64,000 nt of DNA from an uncultured Rikenellaceae bacterium (GTDB taxonomy: Bacteria > Bacteroidota > Bacteroidia > Bacteroidales > VadinHA17): the NCBI GenBank assembly GCA_964399575.1, contig CAYNRI010000003.1:8-64007 (forward strand), written 5' to 3'. Shown here piece by piece: positions 59,120-64,000 of this stretch. Below the pieces are notes generated by a model that worked only from the letters and a program-made list of their open reading frames with translations, had not been told where the DNA came from and did no database searches. Position 1 is the first letter of the stretch. Each line of letters starts with the position of its first letter. Both the position numbers and the translations under genes were made by a program.

Positions 59120-60503
59120 GCACAGGTCTGTCTCTTAGAAGCATCACAACAAAAATAAAAACTGAGTTGTAGAATATAAATTGTCCGAATACCGAATAAC
59201 TTAGAAATATAAGAGAATTATAGAGCAGCGTAAAATAAAAGATTATTGCTCTGAACAGAGGGTCTCCGGGGGTTTTCCTATGAAAGAAAATATCGATTTT
59301 TCTGTAGAAGTAGCCAGTAAGCATAAATACAAATATCATCCCGAGGTACCCAAGATTCAATACCAGCTCTCCGTATGTAGGGAAAACCTGGTCTCTTCCT
59401 ACTTCCCTGTCATAACCAGCATTATAGAAAAAAGATCCGCTTTTTTCACGGAATGGGGTTCCGAGAACGGGTATAGTTTCAAGAAATGAGGAATGGATCG
59501 TAAAAGGCACATCATTAAATTTTTCGTCAATCCTAAACATCGGAGTCATTATATGCGGAGCAACGAAATATACCTGGATGAATTCCACGAACTTATCGCC
59601 TGTGTTCAACTCGCTCAAAATAGCTTCATTGCTTCTTTTGCGAAGGTTTTGAAATAGAAAAGCAAGTACAATGAACACTATACATGCAAGCATGAAATCC
59701 CTGAAACGGATCCTGAAATACCTGGGTATTATTGCTGCGAGGAAAGCAAGCACAGGGAATACCATATTGTTTCTCGAAGGGCCCAGTGCAAGGAACACAA
59801 TCAAAAGGACAAAAAGAAATGCTATGAAAGCTTTTCCCCATAAACCGACATTGATTTTCTCAAGAGTGTAAATACCAAGGATAATGCCTAAGAAAGGAAT
59901 TACATATTTAAAAAGAATATTTGAGTAAATCCACAATTTTCCCTTTTCTTGCTGCACTCCGAAATAGTCTTCATAGAACAGGGTACTAAAATAGTAGCTC
60001 AAGGAACCATAGTAAAAAAAAATGAATATCAGCAGTGTAATCAGGAGACCGACAGCGATGATCCCGTTGTTCCTGAACCTGAACTTTGAATGTTTTGCAT
60101 CGGTTGCACTGCTCCCGGGCTCATTTAAAAGATCCCAGCCAGTTACGAAAGAAAGAAATGCGATGTCGGAAATCACTGAAGATTTAAAAATAAGTTCTGA
60201 ATCAGGCATTTCAGGTAATACCCAGGGCTGATAACCAAACAGCATGATTGTTAAAGGGCAGATAACCAGGCGTGTAAAAAATATCAGAAGCATCAGATTG
60301 ACAGGTGATACAAGGTTTGTTGTATCTACCCTTAGTGATGGTGTCAGGTAATACGCACAGGAAAATATTATTATTGAGAATATCTCTGAATAAAATTTTA
60401 TCCTGAAGCCTGTAATTAAACCAAGTACAACAAAAATCGTTACCAGAATGATGAATACGACAATTCTTAAAAAAGTATTATTCCGGATTTTCAGTGAAAT
60501 CAT
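59103..60503 (-). CDS. Wzy-type repeat-unit polymerase candidate
   Basis: 466-aa poorly conserved multi-pass membrane protein located between the flippase and the nucleotide-sugar genes. Confidence 0.5.
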   Translation of the reverse strand: MISLKIRNNTFLRIVVFIILVTIFVVLGLITGFRIKFYSEIFSIIIFSCAYYLTPSLRVDTTNLVSPVNLMLLIFFTRLVICPLTIMLFGYQPWVLPEMPDSELIFKSSVISDIAFLSFVTGWDLLNEPGSSATDAKHSKFRFRNNGIIAVGLLITLLIFIFFYYGSLSYYFSTLFYEDYFGVQQEKGKLWIYSNILFKYVIPFLGIILGIYTLEKINVGLWGKAFIAFLFVLLIVFLALGPSRNNMVFPVLAFLAAIIPRYFRIRFRDFMLACIVFIVLAFLFQNLRKRSNEAILSELNTGDKFVEFIQVYFVAPHIMTPMFRIDEKFNDVPFTIHSSFLETIPVLGTPFREKSGSFFYNAGYDREVGRDQVFPTYGELVLNLGYLGMIFVFMLTGYFYRKIDIFFHRKTPGDPLFRAIIFYFTLLYNSLIFLSYSVFGQFIFYNSVFIFVVMLLRDRPVHENGI

Positions 60504-60591
60504 TTCTTCAACTTACCCACCATCACTTACATACACAAAATATCAATATAAAAAATATTCATATAATTACATAGAAAAAATGTAACAAATG

Positions 60592-61575
60592 TTACAAATT
60601 CATCCGGAACCATTCTACAGCTTGTTTCAGTCCTTCTGAAACAGTACATGCCGGAGCGTATCCCAGCAGCTGTGCAGCTTTTTCGACCGAGGCCTGTGAA
60701 TGAGGGATATCCCCTGCCCTCTCCGGGCCATAAACAGGTTGGATTTCAAGAACCTCCGGAACATGCTTTCCTGCATACTCCCTGATCATCTCAAAAAGAC
60801 GGTTTAAGGTTGTCCTTTCGCCGTGTGCAATATTATAAACCTGATTAAGTGCTTCAGGGCTCTTTGCCAGGGCAGCGAGATGATTGGCTTTTATAACACT
60901 GTCGATATAGGTAAAATCTCGTGAATAGCTGCCGTCACCGTTAATGACAGGAGCTTCGTGGCGCATAAGCATCGACACAAATCTGGGAATTACTGCAGCA
61001 TAAGCTCCTTCGGGATCCTGGCGCCTCCCGAAGACATTGAAATACCTTAGTCCAATAGTATCGATCCCGTAGATCCTTGAAAAATTATCAGCAAACAGCT
61101 CATCAACAAATTTAGTGATCCCGTAGGGCGACAGGGGCTTGCCAATCCTGTCCTCTACTTTAGGCAAACCGGGATGATCGCCGTAAGTCGAACTGCTTGC
61201 AGCATATATGAACCGCTTTATCCCCTCTTCCTTTGAGGCAAAAAGCATCTTGACAAAACCACCAATGTTGACATCAGTCGAGGTTGCCGGATCTTTTATA
61301 GATCTTGGCACCGACCCCAGCGCAGCCTCATGAAAGACAATTTCAATATCCCTGACTGCATTCACGCAATCATCGTAGTTCCTTATATCTCCTACAATCA
61401 GCTTAAAACCAGGGTTATCAATAAATTCTTTTATATTCTCCCTCTTGCCTGTGGAGAAATTATCGAGGCATACAACATAATTGCCGGAAGCAAGGAGCGA
61501 CTCTACAAGGTTGGAACCAATAAAGCCTGCCCCACCGGTCACAAGGACCTTTGTATTCCTTAGAGATCTTTCCAT
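60592..61575 (-). CDS. NAD-dependent SDR epimerase, WbpP/TviC-like (UDP-GlcNAc or UDP-GlcNAcA 4-epimerase type)
   Basis: VTGGAGFIGSNL, the catalytic SPYGITK (YxxxK) and a length of 327 aa. Confidence 0.75.
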   Translation of the reverse strand: MERSLRNTKVLVTGGAGFIGSNLVESLLASGNYVVCLDNFSTGKRENIKEFIDNPGFKLIVGDIRNYDDCVNAVRDIEIVFHEAALGSVPRSIKDPATSTDVNIGGFVKMLFASKEEGIKRFIYAASSSTYGDHPGLPKVEDRIGKPLSPYGITKFVDELFADNFSRIYGIDTIGLRYFNVFGRRQDPEGAYAAVIPRFVSMLMRHEAPVINGDGSYSRDFTYIDSVIKANHLAALAKSPEALNQVYNIAHGERTTLNRLFEMIREYAGKHVPEVLEIQPVYGPERAGDIPHSQASVEKAAQLLGYAPACTVSEGLKQAVEWFRMNL

Positions 61576-61639
61576 AATCTGACTGCTATCGGGATTAACA
61601 AAAAATAAACAAGAACCTTAAACAACAAACTTCAGTACT

Positions 61640-62800
61640 TCAGGATTCAAACATCATAAGTATCTCACTAAGAATAAATTCAGCAGTTTTCCCATTGCCA
61701 TAGAACCCCGGATAATCAAGGTTTGACTCATTCTTTATGAAGCGGTTGAATTCATTTCTGATCTTTTCCTCATCAGCATCAACAAGAACAGCAGTTCCGT
61801 TTTTTACAAGCTCGATCCATTCAGTCTCCTTCCTTAGTACGAGACACGGTTTTCTGAAGAAATGAGATTCTTTCTGAACACCGCCGGAATCTGTTATTAT
61901 AATTTTCGCAGTCTTTTCAAGTATAGTCATTTCAAGGAAAGATACCGGAGGGATTATTTTAACAAATTTACAATTATAAAGATCATTGCAAAAAGGTCCC
62001 AGGTTCATTTTCAGTGAATTTGTTGTCCGGGGATGCAGAGGCATTACGAATTTTATCGAATTCTCCTCAGCCAGGGATTTTAGTGTCGACAATAAAGTTT
62101 CTAACCTTTTAATATTATCTGTATTTATATCCCTGTGTATTGTAGTAAGAATGTAATTATCACGGGTTACACCAAGATCATCAAGGAATGATGCCTTCTT
62201 CTTCTCAGCCAGTCCTGCAAAGAAGAGAGTGTTATCATACATTATATCTCCTGTAAGGTAGATCTTTGGATTATCGACAGTGTAAGGAGGTGAGTTTTCA
62301 GGTCTGAAACCTTCACGCATCAGGTTTTTGAATGCATCGTTTGTCGGTGCAAACAGCAATGTAGAAGAGTGATCGCTTACAATCCTGTTAAGCTCTTCAG
62401 GCATTATCTTGTTGAATGATCTCAGTCCGGCTTCAATATGGATTACCGGAAAATGGAGCTTTACTGCTGCCAGGGCGCCGGCAAGCGTTGAATTGGTATC
62501 ACCATATAAGATTACACAGTCAGGTTTTTCAGAAAGGAGAACATCTTCTATTCCTGTTATCATCATTGATGTCTGTTTCCCATGGCTTGAAGAACCGACT
62601 CCTAGATTATAATCAGGTTTGTGTATTTCAAGCTCATCAAAAAAGACATCTGAAAGCTCTTTATCATAATGTTGCCCGGTGTGGATCGTCAGCTCGGTTA
62701 TTTTGTCTGAGAAATGCAGGCGTATTGCCCTGCTTATTGCTGAAGCTTTGATTATCTGGGGCCTTGCTCCTACAATATTGATTACTTTTATCTTTGGCAT
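61640..62800 (-). CDS. wecB: UDP-N-acetylglucosamine 2-epimerase (non-hydrolysing)
   Basis: IVGARPQIIK, HTGQHYD, GDTNSTLAGALAA and HIEAGLRS motifs. Confidence 0.85.
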   Translation of the reverse strand: MPKIKVINIVGARPQIIKASAISRAIRLHFSDKITELTIHTGQHYDKELSDVFFDELEIHKPDYNLGVGSSSHGKQTSMMITGIEDVLLSEKPDCVILYGDTNSTLAGALAAVKLHFPVIHIEAGLRSFNKIMPEELNRIVSDHSSTLLFAPTNDAFKNLMREGFRPENSPPYTVDNPKIYLTGDIMYDNTLFFAGLAEKKKASFLDDLGVTRDNYILTTIHRDINTDNIKRLETLLSTLKSLAEENSIKFVMPLHPRTTNSLKMNLGPFCNDLYNCKFVKIIPPVSFLEMTILEKTAKIIITDSGGVQKESHFFRKPCLVLRKETEWIELVKNGTAVLVDADEEKIRNEFNRFIKNESNLDYPGFYGNGKTAEFILSEILMMFES

Positions 62801-62819
62801 TTCTACTGATTCGGGTGCT

Positions 62820-62827
62820 CAAAGTTA
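62820..62827 (-). promoter_or_regulatory. candidate Bacteroidetes -7 promoter box (TAnnTTTG) for the polysaccharide operon
   Basis: The minus strand reads TAACTTTG about 20 nt upstream of the wecB ATG. I found no convincing -33 TTTG partner. Confidence 0.3.
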
Positions 62828-62894
62828 GCAAAATATCTAAATAATGAATAAAACTGATCAATAAGCGATTTATGCTTTATGAATTGTGCTCCTT

Positions 62895-62996
62895 GAAAAA
62901 ACATCCCCCTAACCCCCTTCAAAGGGGGAATATGACACTTTGTACCATGTAAAAAACATCCTCCTAAGCCTTTCAAAGGGGGAATAAGATCCTGCA
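62895..62996. repeat. two copies of the AAACATCC..CCTTCAAAGGGGGAAT..GATCCTGCA element (same family as 2101-2369)
   Basis: acatcctcctaagcctttcaaagggggaataagatcctgca (62957-62996) resembles acatcccccttccccccttcaaagggggaattgatcctgca (2142-2182). A second copy lies at 62895-62932. Confidence 0.8.
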
Positions 62997-63004
62997 ACTG
63001 GCGT

Positions 63005-64000
63005 TTATTTAGCGTAGTTGACTGCTCTTGTTTCGCGAATGACAGTTATTTTGATCTGTCCCGGATATGTCATCTCATTCTGGATCTTACGGGCGATATC
63101 AAAGGAAAGTCCTTCAGCTTCCTTGTCATTTACTTTTTCTGCACCCACAATAACACGAAGCTCCCGACCTGCCTGAATTGCGTATGTCTTCATAACACCC
63201 GGATACTGCAGAGCAAGAGATTCAAGTTCCTTCAGTCTCTTGATATATGACTCCACAACTTCCCTGCGTGCGCCCGGACGGGCTCCTGATATAGCGTCAC
63301 AGACCTGAACGATCGGAGCAATGAGTGTTGTCATCTCAGTCTCATCATGATGTGCTCCGATAGCATTGCAAATCTCAGGTTTCTCCTTGAATTTCTCAGC
63401 GATCTTCATACCCAGTATAGCATGCGGCAGTTCGGGTTCATCATCAGGCACTTTTCCAATATCATGCAGGAGGCCTGCTCTTTTGGCAAGCTTGGGATTA
63501 AGTCCGAGTTCAGCGGCCATTATTGAAGCCAGGTTAGCTACTTCGCGTGAGTGCATAAGAAGGTTTTGTCCGTATGACGACCTGTACTTCATTTTTCCGA
63601 CCATTCTTATAAGCTCAGGATGCAGGCCGTGTATGCCCAGGTCTATAGCAGTTCTCTTTCCGACCTCAAGTATTTCATCTTCAACCTGTTTCTTTGTTTT
63701 CTCAACAATCTCCTCTATCCTTGCCGGATGGATCCTGCCGTCTGTAACGAGCTGGTGGAGAGCAAGACGGGCAATTTCTCTTCTTACAGGGTCGAAAGCA
63801 GACAGGACAATAGCTTCGGGAGTGTCATCGACAATTATCTCAACGCCGGTAGCAGCTTCAAGTGCACGGATATTACGGCCTTCACGCCCTATTATCCTTC
63901 CTTTCATCTCATCCGATTCAATATGGAAGACTGTTACTGCATTTTCTATGGCGTTTTCAGCAGCAACCCTCTGGATTGTCTGAACGACAATTCTCTTTGC
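63005..64000 (-). CDS. rny: ribonuclease Y, C-terminal part (gene continues past the window end)
   Basis: KH domain ([19 protein letters not shown]) and HD domain (LLHDIGK...GAHHD). The reading frame stays open from 63907 to position 64000 (..[31 protein letters not shown]). Confidence 0.9.
   Translation of the reverse strand, partial: AKRIVVQTIQRVAAENAIENAVTVFHIESDEMKGRIIGREGRNIRALEAATGVEIIVDDTPEAIVLSAFDPVRREIARLALHQLVTDGRIHPARIEEIVEKTKKQVEDEILEVGKRTAIDLGIHGLHPELIRMVGKMKYRSSYGQNLLMHSREVANLASIMAAELGLNPKLAKRAGLLHDIGKVPDDEPELPHAILGMKIAEKFKEKPEICNAIGAHHDETEMTTLIAPIVQVCDAISGARPGARREVVESYIKRLKELESLALQYPGVMKTYAIQAGRELRVIVGAEKVNDKEAEGLSFDIARKIQNEMTYPGQIKITVIRETRAVNYAK

Noticed and set aside
60581-60596. 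TGTAACA-AA-TGTTACA perfect 7-bp inverted repeat at the epimerase stop codon as a terminator
   Set aside because: A 2-nt spacer cannot form an RNA hairpin loop and no U-tract follows. It may be a protein-binding palindrome, but a single short site is not enough to call.
63366-63983. 205-aa plus-strand ORF
   Set aside because: It is entirely antisense to rny (KH and HD motifs are unambiguous on the minus strand). The Ser/Ile/Ala-rich shadow translation has no features.

Overview
This looks like a Bacteroidota chromosomal segment. That call rests on gene families (DUF349, DUF4293, DUF1343, a pyrG-yidC pair, a TonB/B12 locus, acidic lipoprotein export signals, one perfect TAnnTTTG box) and not on any search. 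About 52 protein genes are supportable, plus one tRNA-Arg(UCU), one cobalamin riboswitch, one candidate structured ncRNA and a dispersed palindromic repeat family. I saw no rRNA, CRISPR array, cas gene, transposase or integrase. Housekeeping content includes pyrG, yidC, pyrBI, queE, rny (truncated at the window end), an RND efflux operon and a riboswitch-controlled B12 uptake operon. A 12-kb surface-polysaccharide locus (50.5-62.8 kb) carries adjacent GT11 fucosyltransferase and GT6 (ABO-like) genes. The most unusual region is 24.8-34.3 kb. It holds a C39-peptidase ABC exporter with its HlyD partner, a sigma-70/ECF-like factor and a 1033-aa exported, membrane-anchored TPR-CHAT (caspase-like) protein. 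It also holds a 45-aa double-glycine-leader peptide gene too short for the ORF track (32345-32482), a membrane anti-sigma-like TPR protein and a sensor-less histidine kinase. I interpret this as a candidate, uncharacterised peptide-signal / protease / sigma-factor circuit that resembles the Craspase (TPR-CHAT-Csx30-RpoE) logic without any CRISPR component. All family assignments come from reading motifs in the translations; nothing was run.
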